From a virus, in the IMG/VR virus record IMGVR_UViG_3300045988_011380: a DNA stretch of 37,606 bases, one strand, 5' to 3'. Under the pieces are notes generated by a model, which did not search any database, had not been told where the DNA came from, and was given only the letters and a program-made list of their open reading frames with translations. Position 1 is the first letter of the stretch; each line of letters starts with the position of its first letter. Shown one piece after another: positions 13,759-22,550 of the stretch. Both the position numbers and the translations under genes were made by a program.

Positions 13759-13776
13759 TTTATCCGGCCGGATAAA
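13759..13776. other. perfect 18-nt palindrome tttatccggccggataaa between cluster genes 3 and 4
   Basis: Read directly; flanked by A/T runs. It could be a hairpin/terminator or a protein-binding site. Confidence 0.4.
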
Positions 13777-13777
13777 T

Positions 13778-13984
13778 TCAACGTAAGAGCGCCTGGAATT
13801 GCTGTGCGGCACTTTGCAGTTGGTTTAGCTGCTGCTGGGAGATTTTGCCGCTTTGCAACAGCTTCTGCACCTCCTGCTGCGGATCGCCGCGAAAGGTGTT
13901 TCGGAATTGCTGGAACTGCTGGACAAGCTGGGCGAACTGGTTGTTCTGCCCGCCGCCGAATGCCTGAAACAGGGGGTTACTCAT
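13778..13984 (-). CDS. small Gln-rich protein (68 aa; post-lysis cluster, gene 3)
   Basis: Internal Met 78 of the track ORF is preceded by GGAGG: MSNPLFQAFGGGQNNQFAQLVQQFQQF...QQLNQLQSAAQQFQALLR. Overlaps the upstream stop. Confidence 0.6.
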   Translation of the reverse strand: MSNPLFQAFGGGQNNQFAQLVQQFQQFRNTFRGDPQQEVQKLLQSGKISQQQLNQLQSAAQQFQALLR

Positions 13985-14357
13985 TTTCGGTCGCCTCCGC
14001 TTTCTTTGCGGTTTTCTTCGGCGCGAACTGCGCCGCGAACGCTTCAAATTCCGCACGGGTGACGTATTCCGGTGTCTGCTGCGCCGGCGCGGGTTTGGTG
14101 CGCTCGGTGTAGTCGAGGATGCGCATGGAGGGAACGCCCGAAGCGTCAACGGACTTGACATAGATGCACATGTTTTCGCTGTCCCACAGCGGGACGGTGT
14201 TTCCCGCCGCGACAAGGTAGGACTTGGCGGCGGCTTCGCCCTGCACCCAGATCATCGGGTTCGGGGCGGGCTGCTGCGCACGGAGCTGCGCGAGCTGATC
14301 CATCATCGGCGGGGCGTAGGGCTGATAGTTCGGCTGGTAATACGGCGGATAGTTCAT
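13977..14357 (-). CDS. hypothetical protein with a Pro/Tyr/Gln-rich N-terminus (post-lysis cluster, gene 2)
   Basis: Met 17 of the track ORF is preceded by GGGAGG, with ATGA coupling. Begins MNYPPYYQPNYQPYAPP, followed by a compact domain (IWVQGEAAAKSYLVAAGNTVPLWDSE...). Confidence 0.65.
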   Translation of the reverse strand: MNYPPYYQPNYQPYAPPMMDQLAQLRAQQPAPNPMIWVQGEAAAKSYLVAAGNTVPLWDSENMCIYVKSVDASGVPSMRILDYTERTKPAPAQQTPEYVTRAEFEAFAAQFAPKKTAKKAEATENE

Positions 14358-14722
14358 CGTTTTTCCTCCCAAACGTAGATCGGTGTTTCGTTGCCGGAAT
14401 CCCAAGCGTCGTAGTATTCCCCATCAACGACCGAAACGACGTGGCCGCTGAGGGCGAGAATGTAGGAGCCGCAGGGATGCTCGGCGGCAAACTGCCGGAC
14501 GGTATAACCGTCGTAATCGGGGAGGGCGGAGCGCACAAATCCACGACGGCGGAGATACGCGCCCCAGACCGCATTAGCTGACGGCATATCGGACAGCTCG
14601 TGCCCTGTCGCCGCCAGATCCATATACACCTTGCCCCAGCTGTCGCCGGTCGCCTTAGCAATCGCACGAATCACGCAATCGCCCACGGCCTTGCCCGCCG
14701 GATTCGGGTTGAAATATTGCAT
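14354..14722 (-). CDS. putative papain-like/NlpC-P60-like cysteine hydrolase fold protein (post-lysis cluster, gene 1)
   Basis: Met 8 of the track ORF is preceded by GGGAGG. Cys...His...Asp spacing (GDCVIRAI ... SGHVVSVVDGEYYDAWDSG) suggests a Cys-His hydrolase. The function call is weak. Confidence 0.6.
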   Translation of the reverse strand: MQYFNPNPAGKAVGDCVIRAIAKATGDSWGKVYMDLAATGHELSDMPSANAVWGAYLRRRGFVRSALPDYDGYTVRQFAAEHPCGSYILALSGHVVSVVDGEYYDAWDSGNETPIYVWEEKR

Positions 14723-14754
14723 ACGGTCGCCTCCCACTACCAAAATTTTCGCAT

Positions 14755-14792
14755 AAAAAAAGAGGGCTAACCCATCGGTTAGCCCTCAAAAA
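14755..14792. terminator. strong bidirectional rho-independent terminator
   Basis: Perfect 10-bp stem gagggctaac / gttagccctc with a 6-nt loop, flanked by A7 and A5 (T7 follows the stem on the minus strand). Confidence 0.7.
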
Positions 14793-14807
14793 CCCATCAA
14801 TAACCCA

Positions 14808-15071
14808 TCATTCGATTGCAGCGGCGATCTTGTCCTTGATCGACCGTATACGGCGCTCGACTTTCTCTGTGCCGTACAGCTCCGTTTCCGTCTCCATGGC
14901 AAAGGAGATTTGCAGTACGCTCATTCCCTTTGCCCGCAGGCGGAAGATTTTTAGTTCCTCATCAGTAAAGCCGCAATCCCGCTCGAACTGTTCTCGCAGC
15001 TCTCGCGGGAATTGCAACTTATTCTTTGTCCCCGGCGTTGTTAAACTCCGTAGGATGCTCTCTGTCGTCAT
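14808..15071 (-). CDS. small sigma-70 region-4 / LuxR-type HTH regulator
   Basis: 87-aa ORF. FTDEELKIFRLRAKGMSVLQISFAMETE...TEKVERRIRSIKDKI fits a region-4-like HTH. Confidence 0.6.
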   Translation of the reverse strand: MTTESILRSLTTPGTKNKLQFPRELREQFERDCGFTDEELKIFRLRAKGMSVLQISFAMETETELYGTEKVERRIRSIKDKIAAAIE

Positions 15072-15171
15072 TGGCTACACTCTCCATATACGCTTCGTAA
15101 AGTGTCTCTGCGAGGCTTCCAGACGCCTCGACGCCATTGATGCGGCAGAATGTTTTTACGGATTCTTTCAT
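15019..15171 (-). CDS. small ORF (50 aa) overlapping the regulator start in another frame
   Basis: Hand translation: MKESVKTFCRINGVEASGSLAETLYEAYMESVANDDREHPTEFNNAGDKE. GGAG lies 9 nt upstream. 53-nt overlap with 14808..15071. Confidence 0.35.
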   Translation of the reverse strand: MKESVKTFCRINGVEASGSLAETLYEAYMESVANDDREHPTEFNNAGDKE

Positions 15172-15293
15172 CTGTTTTTTCTCCGTAATGTCGGTTTACA
15201 AGGATTTAAGGAAAAAGCATTTTGCTTATTGTGGAATCGGAAAGCAATAAGTAAAAAAATTGCCGTTTTCTTTACTTAAAACTGCTCCGTCTC

Positions 15294-15566
15294 TTATTCG
15301 TCTTTGTGGAGCTGCTTAAATACCTGATTGATGCCGGTCGCGGCAAGTCCAGAGACAATACCGACGGCAACAGCAGTCAGGTAGTCAGTGGCAGGGAAGT
15401 CCGGCACAATATGCAGTGCCAGAACACCAAGCGGCGCACCAACAATGCCGCAGATCGCGGGAATCCACTTATCGTTGATAGCATCGGTGTTCTTGATGAT
15501 GATGCCGATGAGATAGGCGATCACAACAATCGCCACGCAAGTAGTCAGCCCGAAGATGTTTTCCAT
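15294..15566 (-). CDS. holin (phiLC3-like, three TM segments)
   Basis: 90-aa ORF with three hydrophobic helices and a charged C-terminus (KQLHKDE), adjacent to the endolysin. Confidence 0.8.
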   Translation of the reverse strand: MENIFGLTTCVAIVVIAYLIGIIIKNTDAINDKWIPAICGIVGAPLGVLALHIVPDFPATDYLTAVAVGIVSGLAATGINQVFKQLHKDE

Positions 15567-15582
15567 GTTTTTACCTCCTAAA

Positions 15583-15969
15583 TCATTTCAAAAAATCGTT
15601 CTTTGCAAGATGGCTTGCGTAGATGCCGTTGAGGTACTGAATCGTATTTGCGGCGCGGTTGTTCTCGTAGAGCGGATGCCCGGCGCAGAACTTTTCGTAC
15701 CGGTCCACGTCCCGGAGAACGTCCGCCCAATGCTCGGCGGTGTGAAGAACGCCCTGCCGCACCTCGTCACCGAAACGCAAAATGCGGCTTCGCGCTTCAT
15801 CCGCCCGGCAATTGGCGTCATCCTCGATGTGCTTCACGAGCTTTCCGTCGAGAGCGTCCAGCCGCTTCACGATCTCGCTTTTGTTCTTTCGGTTTGCGAG
15901 AATCAGCGAGAAGATGCCAGCTACCGCCGCACCGCCGCACGCGGTTATAATTGTGTTCAAGATTTCCAT
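15583..15969 (-). CDS. membrane-anchored protein of the lysis cassette, unknown role
   Basis: 128-aa ORF with an N-terminal TM (IITACGGAAVAGIFSLILA), located between endolysin and holin. Confidence 0.65.
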   Translation of the reverse strand: MEILNTIITACGGAAVAGIFSLILANRKNKSEIVKRLDALDGKLVKHIEDDANCRADEARSRILRFGDEVRQGVLHTAEHWADVLRDVDRYEKFCAGHPLYENNRAANTIQYLNGIYASHLAKNDFLK

Positions 15970-15980
15970 TCTATCTCTCC

Positions 15981-16868
15981 TTAAAATCCGAGAATCTTGT
16001 TCACGCGCTTCTGCACAGCCTCATACTTCGCGCCGAGCTTCTGCTTGCGCTCGTCTCCGTTGCCGTACTCGCCGCGGATGACTGCCTGTGCAAGCGCGGT
16101 GATCTCCTCGTCGGCTACAAGGATGTTTACGCGCTCCTGCACCTTGGCGTAATCGTACCCGGCAGCTTCGAGGGCGTCCTTGCGCGCCTGCCCGTTGCCC
16201 CACTTGCCGTTCAGCACTTCCTGCGCCAGCTCGTCCACCGTCGGCGCATCCTCCTCCGGCGTTTCCCCGGCGGCGAGAGCGTCCCACTCCTCGCCGGTGA
16301 TGTAGGCTTTATTTCCGTCCAGCCGCCCAGCCCAGCCGGAGAGATACAGCATACTGGTGTACTGACGTATATCACACTTGTATGCGCCCTCGTTCCACGG
16401 CGTTTCAAGATACCCACGAATCGGGTTGTAATTCGGATACTGTGCCGCCCAGAGACGGTAAGCGTTCAGCGTATTGGGGAACTGCCCGATGATACCCGCA
16501 GAAATGTAGAGGAAACCCGTGATGCCTACCTCGGATTTAACGTAATCCAGAAAACGTTTTGCCCACGAATCAGCGCCGTAACCATACGCGGCGTTCTGCG
16601 TTTTCTCCCAATCGAGAACGAGGATTGCCTTGCCGATATAGGGCTTCACAATGTTCAAAAAGTGCTGCGCTTCGCGTTCGGGGTTGCCGCCTCCGGCGTA
16701 GTGATACGCGCCCACGCGCTTGCCGGTGTGAATTGCGCGTTCCATCTGCCGCTTGAAGTCGGGGCTGATGTAGCCGGTAGACTGCGTTGCTTTGCAAATA
16801 ACAAAATCTGCGGAGATGTTTTCGAGCATGATGCCCGCCTGCCAGTTGGAAATGTCGATGCCGTTCAT
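15981..16868 (-). CDS. endolysin: GH25 muramidase with two CW_7-type cell-wall-binding repeats
   Basis: N-terminus MNGIDISNWQ...DFVICKATQSTGY (GH25). C-terminal repeats GKWGNGQARKDALEAAGYDYAKVQERVN and GEYGNGDERKQKLGAKYEAVQKRVN. Confidence 0.9.
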   Translation of the reverse strand: MNGIDISNWQAGIMLENISADFVICKATQSTGYISPDFKRQMERAIHTGKRVGAYHYAGGGNPEREAQHFLNIVKPYIGKAILVLDWEKTQNAAYGYGADSWAKRFLDYVKSEVGITGFLYISAGIIGQFPNTLNAYRLWAAQYPNYNPIRGYLETPWNEGAYKCDIRQYTSMLYLSGWAGRLDGNKAYITGEEWDALAAGETPEEDAPTVDELAQEVLNGKWGNGQARKDALEAAGYDYAKVQERVNILVADEEITALAQAVIRGEYGNGDERKQKLGAKYEAVQKRVNKILGF

Positions 16869-17492
16869 TTATCCTGCCTCCCTGTTTCCGAGATACCATT
16901 CCTGTACGACGATTTTATTCGTATTGCCGTACACAGCAAGTCTCGCCTTCCGGGCTGAATTGTAGGTATACGTCAAGCTAACCGTAGCATTTGCTTTTAA
17001 GTCCTTAGATTCGCCGCCGGTATAGTTCTTATAAGAGGAATAAAGCAAGTTACAGTAGTCGCCGCCAACAACAGTAGTGCATTTTGCGGATACCTTCGTA
17101 TCCTGCGAGCAATCAATATCGCTTGAACACGCGCCCCAGTCCTGATAGCCGCCTTGGAACGTGAGTGTATTATCTTGGAACGTCAGCGTGCCATATCCGT
17201 CATATTTTGTGATCTCACCATTGATCGCGCCGTACCAGTAAATATAGTGGTCGGGACGCAGACGAACTGTCGTTGCGCTGTCTATAGACTTTGAAATTGT
17301 CATGGCAGACAGTCCCGCCGTAAATACGTATGCGCCTTTTTTAAGTTCTACTATACCTTGCCCAGTGCCGCTAAGCGTAACAGTCCCAGCTTCTTTTCCG
17401 CTGTAGGAAATGACTTCGTTTGCGCCGCCGTAAATGGTCACGGCGACTTTTCCACCGCTACCGCCCCCGCCGCAGTTTGTTCTTCCGATCAT
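16869..17492 (-). CDS. tail fiber / receptor-binding accessory protein (visibly lower GC)
   Basis: 207-aa ORF starting MIGRTNCGGGGSGG. Beta-rich. Last structural gene before lysis. Its base composition is more AT-rich than its neighbours. Confidence 0.55.
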   Translation of the reverse strand: MIGRTNCGGGGSGGKVAVTIYGGANEVISYSGKEAGTVTLSGTGQGIVELKKGAYVFTAGLSAMTISKSIDSATTVRLRPDHYIYWYGAINGEITKYDGYGTLTFQDNTLTFQGGYQDWGACSSDIDCSQDTKVSAKCTTVVGGDYCNLLYSSYKNYTGGESKDLKANATVSLTYTYNSARKARLAVYGNTNKIVVQEWYLGNREAG

Positions 17493-17496
17493 GCTC

Positions 17497-18414
17497 TCAC
17501 CTCCAAAGGATAATCGTCGGGATCGTCACGGCGGCGGACGGCTGCTCGCTCGCATACAGCATGATCCCGCCGCCGGTACTGTGCGCAACGGGCGCGAAAA
17601 TGCCGCTCGTGGCATCGGCTACATCGAAGATCACCTCGGGAACCATCGCCCCCGTTACCTCGCTGGAAAGCCCCACGAGCGCACGGAACGGGAAGTCTGA
17701 ATAAGTCTCATCGGCTGCCCATTGCGATGCCTGTACAACAACGTTCGTGAACGTCAGCTTCACCGCGTCGGCGGCGAGCTTCTGGTGTGTGATGGTTCCA
17801 TCCGGGATTTCGCCGCCCGCTGCTTGCTCAATCGCCGTGCGGAGCTGCGCGAGCAGCGCCGCAAACTGGGCGTTGATGACGCTCGTGTCGGCAGTCACAC
17901 TTTCTGTAACCAGCCCGCAGACGGCAGGATTAAGGCGCTCATCGGTGATCATGGAAGCCGTGATTGCCGTCGTACCGGCGGCGACGGAAATTTGCGCGAG
18001 GCTGATCTGCCGCTTTGTGCCGTTATTCGTCAGCGCCGGGGCTGCCGCCGTGCTGGATGCCGTGCCTTTCAGAATCTTGATCTCGGGGAGGTCGGCATAG
18101 TCGGTCGTCTGCCACTCAACGATCACGCGATCAATGCGGTTGAGAACACCGTCGGCGGAATCAACCGTCAGTTGAAGCTTTGCCCCGGCGGATTTTTCGG
18201 CATCGTTCCACCAGACGATTCCATTTCCGTCGGAATCGGTGAGCCAGCCCAGCCCGTCGGAGACGGCAACAGCCATAGAGTTTTGAACCGCCGATACGGC
18301 GGCATTATTGTCCGCCGCGAACACGCCGGAGGTGCGCCCATGCAGCCAGCGCATGGCATATTCTGCGCCGATGTATTCATCCCGGTTGTTCGGGAAGGAT
18401 TTAATATTTCCCAT
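17497..18414 (-). CDS. tail fiber / baseplate upper-type protein
   Basis: 305-aa ORF following the Tal-like gene. The pattern (...ITDERLNPAVCGLV...) resembles siphophage fiber N-terminal domains seen in Firmicutes phages (from memory). Confidence 0.6.
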   Translation of the reverse strand: MGNIKSFPNNRDEYIGAEYAMRWLHGRTSGVFAADNNAAVSAVQNSMAVAVSDGLGWLTDSDGNGIVWWNDAEKSAGAKLQLTVDSADGVLNRIDRVIVEWQTTDYADLPEIKILKGTASSTAAAPALTNNGTKRQISLAQISVAAGTTAITASMITDERLNPAVCGLVTESVTADTSVINAQFAALLAQLRTAIEQAAGGEIPDGTITHQKLAADAVKLTFTNVVVQASQWAADETYSDFPFRALVGLSSEVTGAMVPEVIFDVADATSGIFAPVAHSTGGGIMLYASEQPSAAVTIPTIILWR

Positions 18415-19450
18415 TTAATCTCTCCTCACTTAATGCATCAAGGATAGGGTCGCCAAGGATGATCTGCGTCTTTTCACCCGTTCGATCAAGGGTATATTTC
18501 AGACCCGTGATCCGGGCGGCGAACGAGACGCCGAACCGGACGGAAATGCACAGAACAATGTCGCCGAGGTCGTAGCGAACGCCCAGCTCGGATGGGTCGA
18601 TCACGACATCAAAGCTCGAACGCCGGATGTACTTCCCAAGCTCCATGTTGCCGAACGAGGTCGCAGCGCTCGCAGCGTCGGCGGCGGTTCCGTCCGGCTC
18701 CTGCGAGATGGAACTATCGAACCACCGTTCGTACCGTTCATCCCCGGCGGCGTCGCCGACAATCGTTACCGGCTCCGATTCGTCGGATAGCTTGTACTTG
18801 ACATATGCAACATTCTTGAATGTGCTGGTATCCTTGCTGATCACAAGATCGGAGCAGGTTCCCTGCTCCTCGACAAACGCTACCTTGTGAATGCCGCTTG
18901 TCCGATCAACGCCCTTGAACACGCGGAAGGTATGCGTCAGCGTGTTTCCGTTCCAGTCCATCCGATGCCCCAGCTGTGCCGAATCGAGAACATCCATGAT
19001 CTTATCGAGGAGCTGTCCGCCGTACACAGTGTTATCCTCGCCGTCCTCCGGCTGGTACTCCTCTGTCAGCCCCGCGGGCGTCGCCGTCTGGATGCGCGTC
19101 AACCCGCGTAGGTTGTCGTTGATGAGATCGTATACGCCCGTCTCAATCGTCGTTATGGCTTTCTTCGACGCGACGACGCGCTTATTCAGCAACCAGTTGC
19201 AGGTATACCCGTTCGCTGTGATGCGATTCTGCACGGTATCGTGCTTCACGTTCACAAGGAGAAACGTCGTGCCGCGGACGGTATTATAGAGCATCGCGCC
19301 CTCAACGAGGGCGCGGATGTTATAATCGTCCACCGGCGCGACGATCTGAATCTTACCGATCCCGTTGGAATACTCCGTCATCTGAATCGAGATGGCGTGC
19401 GTCAGCTGCCGCCGCGTGGAAAAATCGCTCGGATAAATTTCGTAACTCAT
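18401..19450 (-). CDS. tail-associated (Tal-like, Sipho_Gp37-like) minor structural protein
   Basis: 349-aa ORF immediately after Dit. Call rests on position and N-terminal pattern. Confidence 0.65.
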   Translation of the reverse strand: MSYEIYPSDFSTRRQLTHAISIQMTEYSNGIGKIQIVAPVDDYNIRALVEGAMLYNTVRGTTFLLVNVKHDTVQNRITANGYTCNWLLNKRVVASKKAITTIETGVYDLINDNLRGLTRIQTATPAGLTEEYQPEDGEDNTVYGGQLLDKIMDVLDSAQLGHRMDWNGNTLTHTFRVFKGVDRTSGIHKVAFVEEQGTCSDLVISKDTSTFKNVAYVKYKLSDESEPVTIVGDAAGDERYERWFDSSISQEPDGTAADAASAATSFGNMELGKYIRRSSFDVVIDPSELGVRYDLGDIVLCISVRFGVSFAARITGLKYTLDRTGEKTQIILGDPILDALSEERLNGKY

Positions 19451-20295
19451 ACAGAAATCCCCACGATCTCTTCTGCAAAGTCGATGGATACTTGCAGGTT
19501 GTCCAGCCCTTCGTCCGCCGTCGGCTTCAACACGTTATCGCCAACCGCCAACCGGTAGAGGCTCGATGTCAGTTCCAGTGCGCCGCGGCACTCGCCGTCC
19601 ACGCTCGAGGTGACGTAGGTTCGATCATGCGTGATCTCAATCACCGCACGTTCCCCCGCGGCGAGGGACTTGTTCAGGCGAATGAATTTCCCGGATGCCG
19701 CATCGAGAATCTGCGGATTCTTTACCTCGTTCAGAGCGGAGAACGTCAGTGTGTACGGGACGGGAACTTGTCCGCCGTTCTTCACGTTGATGAACTGCGC
19801 CGTAACAACGGTGCCGAATCGATATTTCCGGCTTTGGTTCCACGGAAACTTAAAGCCGTAAGAGACGCCGGACAACGTTGCCTTGGCGGAGCTGTCCTTC
19901 TGCCAATAGGGATACGGCGCGGTTAGCGAGAATTGGAACGCCGCGAACACCGGACGCGCCTCAATGGTCGGCGTTGCCGTAGGGCGGACGTCGAGGTAGT
20001 AATCATCGGCATAGAATCGCCCGTCGAGGTCGGGGCGCACAACGGAGAGAAGTGCGTCCTTGTTCTCCGCCTGGAACTCGCCGACGAGAATGCCACTGAC
20101 GGTCACGGGACGGGACTGAACGTTGACGCTCTGCACGGTCGTGCCGGTCTGGTCGATGCCCTGCGCTTCGTTGAGCTTGCAGGAGACGGTATCAATTCCA
20201 TTCGGCTTGTTGATGAGATAGCCGCGGTCGTACTCGAATACGATCTCGCCGCCGTCGGCGTTCACATACCGGAACGTTTTGGAAAGGTTGCTCAT
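19447..20295 (-). CDS. distal tail protein (Dit)
   Basis: Met 43 of the track ORF, with ATATGA coupling to the tape-measure stop. Position directly after the TMP. Confidence 0.7.
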   Translation of the reverse strand: MSNLSKTFRYVNADGGEIVFEYDRGYLINKPNGIDTVSCKLNEAQGIDQTGTTVQSVNVQSRPVTVSGILVGEFQAENKDALLSVVRPDLDGRFYADDYYLDVRPTATPTIEARPVFAAFQFSLTAPYPYWQKDSSAKATLSGVSYGFKFPWNQSRKYRFGTVVTAQFINVKNGGQVPVPYTLTFSALNEVKNPQILDAASGKFIRLNKSLAAGERAVIEITHDRTYVTSSVDGECRGALELTSSLYRLAVGDNVLKPTADEGLDNLQVSIDFAEEIVGISV

Positions 20296-22550
20296 ATTGC
20301 CCACCTCGCCATCTCGAAGTATGCCGCCGTCGCTGCGGCAAGCTCTACGGGCGTCTGCGGGACGCTCTGAATATTTTGCACGACTGTAATTCCCGAGGCG
20401 TTGGGTGTGCCGCGCCGCCAATCCTCGGCTTCCGACTTCGTCAGAACGCTTTCCCCGCGATGGAGGACGGCGGAATAGCCGTCGTATGGAACGTAGTCCA
20501 ATCCTCCGGCGCTGTACCGCCCGGTACCGCCGCTGCTCATGCCGACAGCCGCCGCGTTGGAGATGGATTCTCCGGCTTTGCGTGCCGCCTCGGAGCGGCT
20601 GCTCAGTCCGGCGATGAATCGGTCTGCCGCGGCGATACCGGAAACGTAAAAGCTCGCGACGGTCACCTGATCGGAGACGGCAATGGCGGTTCGGTTCACG
20701 AGGTTCTGCCCGGCTTGCTCGGCGGAAACATCGCTGTCCATGGCTTCCGCCATTTTCGTGCCGGGGTTCTCCGTCACATCCACCGCGCCGACGGATTGCA
20801 GGAACGCCTTTACTGCGGCTTCCCCGCCCTCTTCCCAGAGGGCGCGAAGCTCGGCGAGACCGTCCTCTCCTCCTGCGCTTGCCTCGGCGAGCATGGAGAC
20901 TACGCCCGCGTACATCTCCGGTCCGCCGGAATAGAACATCTCCGCCATCTCCGCTGGAAGCTGCCCGGCAATGACGGACATATTATCGGCGAATGCATTT
21001 GTCGCGTCGATGTTGTGGCGCATATTGTCGAGCGCCTGCTGGTAGGACAGCTCGCTCTCCGTGTTGATCCGGGAGAACATATTGGTCGCGGCGTCGGTGT
21101 AGGTGTTCAGGCGCTCCGTCGCCTCTTCCAGCGTCAGGCTGCTGCCGGACAGCTCCACGGAAAAGCCGTTCGCGCTGACCGTCATTTTGTCGATGGCGTC
21201 GGCGGTCTCTGTAGCTGTTTCCGCCGCGGAGGATTCCGCCGCTTCCATATCGGCGAGCTGCGCCGTACCGTAGCTGATCTTGGAATTGAGAGCGTCTACC
21301 TGACCGGTGAGCCGCCAGAATGTATCCGCGTCTTCCGCTTCGGTCACTCCGGCGAGCTGTTCCTTTACATCAGCAAGGGTGGATTTCAGCTCGTCGAGCT
21401 TCGCTCTCGCGTCCTCTACGCTGTCCGTTGGAAGCGGGTTGCGGATGGCGTCCGCTGTGCTTTCCCACCCCTCGGCAACGTCAGCAAACTTCCCTACGAG
21501 CCGTTCCACTAAGCCGAGAAACTTTTCCACGGACGGGGATAGGATGTTCGAGAACGCCGTTTTCAGGCGGGCCGTCTGCTCGCCGACCTTGGCTTGCGCC
21601 TCCTGTAGCCTGAGCTGCGATTCACGCGCACGCATGATCGTGCTGTTGTTCTCCTGCATCGTGTTCGCGGCGTTCTTGTAGGAGGCGGACAGCGTGTCGG
21701 TGATTAGCGCGGCTCGCTCCTGCGTGTCGGCGCACGCGGCGAGGCGCAGGTTGAAATCGTCCTCGGAGATGCCAACCCAATTTAAGGCATCGGCAAGAAC
21801 ACCGGTAACTTTCCCGACTTTCGCCGTCTCGTTTGCCGCTTCGATCAGTCCGTTGATGGGAAGGGAATCGCCGAATGTTCCGTAAACACCCGCGGCAATC
21901 TCCGTCCACCGCGACTGTTCCTCCATGTTGGATGTGAGCTTAGCGAGGAGCTGTGAGGCTTCCACGGCGGTATCGGTGTCGCCGAGGATTTTGTAAAACT
22001 CACGAAAAGTTCTTCTTGCTGATGTGTTGGAGTACCCGACGGCGTTGAACGCCGTCTCGAGTTTTCCCATGGAGACGCGGAAGTCCTCCGTGGATTCGTC
22101 CATGTTCCACACAGCCTCCGCGAACTCGCTGATGGCGGTAACGATCTGCGAAACTACGTTTGCGAGCGTCACGCCCTTCGCTACAGAGCCGACAATGGTT
22201 TTTCCGAAATTCTTTAACGAATCGTCCGCGCCTTTGCCCTCTCCTCCGACGTCACCAAGCCCCTCAGACGTTTCTTTGAGCGGAGGAGCCGCTTTGTCGG
22301 CACCTTTCCCAACACCGCGCATGGCGCGTTCTGCATCGTTTAACGCGGTTTCCGCTTGGTTTGCCTCGGTTGTCGTCTCCTCAACGGACTGCGTGAACTT
22401 GTCAACCGCCTTTTCCGCTTTCTGTGTGTCTTTCGGAACGTCGGCGGCGCTTCCGCCGAGCTTATCAAACGACTTGGAGGCGTCCGTTACCTGCTTGTCG
22501 AAGTCGGAGGTATCGAGCGTTAATTTTGCGAAAAGATCGAACACGTTCAT
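20292..22550 (-). CDS. tail tape measure protein
   Basis: 752-aa Ala/Glu-rich helical ORF downstream of the G/G-T chaperone pair. Confidence 0.9.
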   Translation of the reverse strand: MNVFDLFAKLTLDTSDFDKQVTDASKSFDKLGGSAADVPKDTQKAEKAVDKFTQSVEETTTEANQAETALNDAERAMRGVGKGADKAAPPLKETSEGLGDVGGEGKGADDSLKNFGKTIVGSVAKGVTLANVVSQIVTAISEFAEAVWNMDESTEDFRVSMGKLETAFNAVGYSNTSARRTFREFYKILGDTDTAVEASQLLAKLTSNMEEQSRWTEIAAGVYGTFGDSLPINGLIEAANETAKVGKVTGVLADALNWVGISEDDFNLRLAACADTQERAALITDTLSASYKNAANTMQENNSTIMRARESQLRLQEAQAKVGEQTARLKTAFSNILSPSVEKFLGLVERLVGKFADVAEGWESTADAIRNPLPTDSVEDARAKLDELKSTLADVKEQLAGVTEAEDADTFWRLTGQVDALNSKISYGTAQLADMEAAESSAAETATETADAIDKMTVSANGFSVELSGSSLTLEEATERLNTYTDAATNMFSRINTESELSYQQALDNMRHNIDATNAFADNMSVIAGQLPAEMAEMFYSGGPEMYAGVVSMLAEASAGGEDGLAELRALWEEGGEAAVKAFLQSVGAVDVTENPGTKMAEAMDSDVSAEQAGQNLVNRTAIAVSDQVTVASFYVSGIAAADRFIAGLSSRSEAARKAGESISNAAAVGMSSGGTGRYSAGGLDYVPYDGYSAVLHRGESVLTKSEAEDWRRGTPNASGITVVQNIQSVPQTPVELAAATAAYFEMARWAI

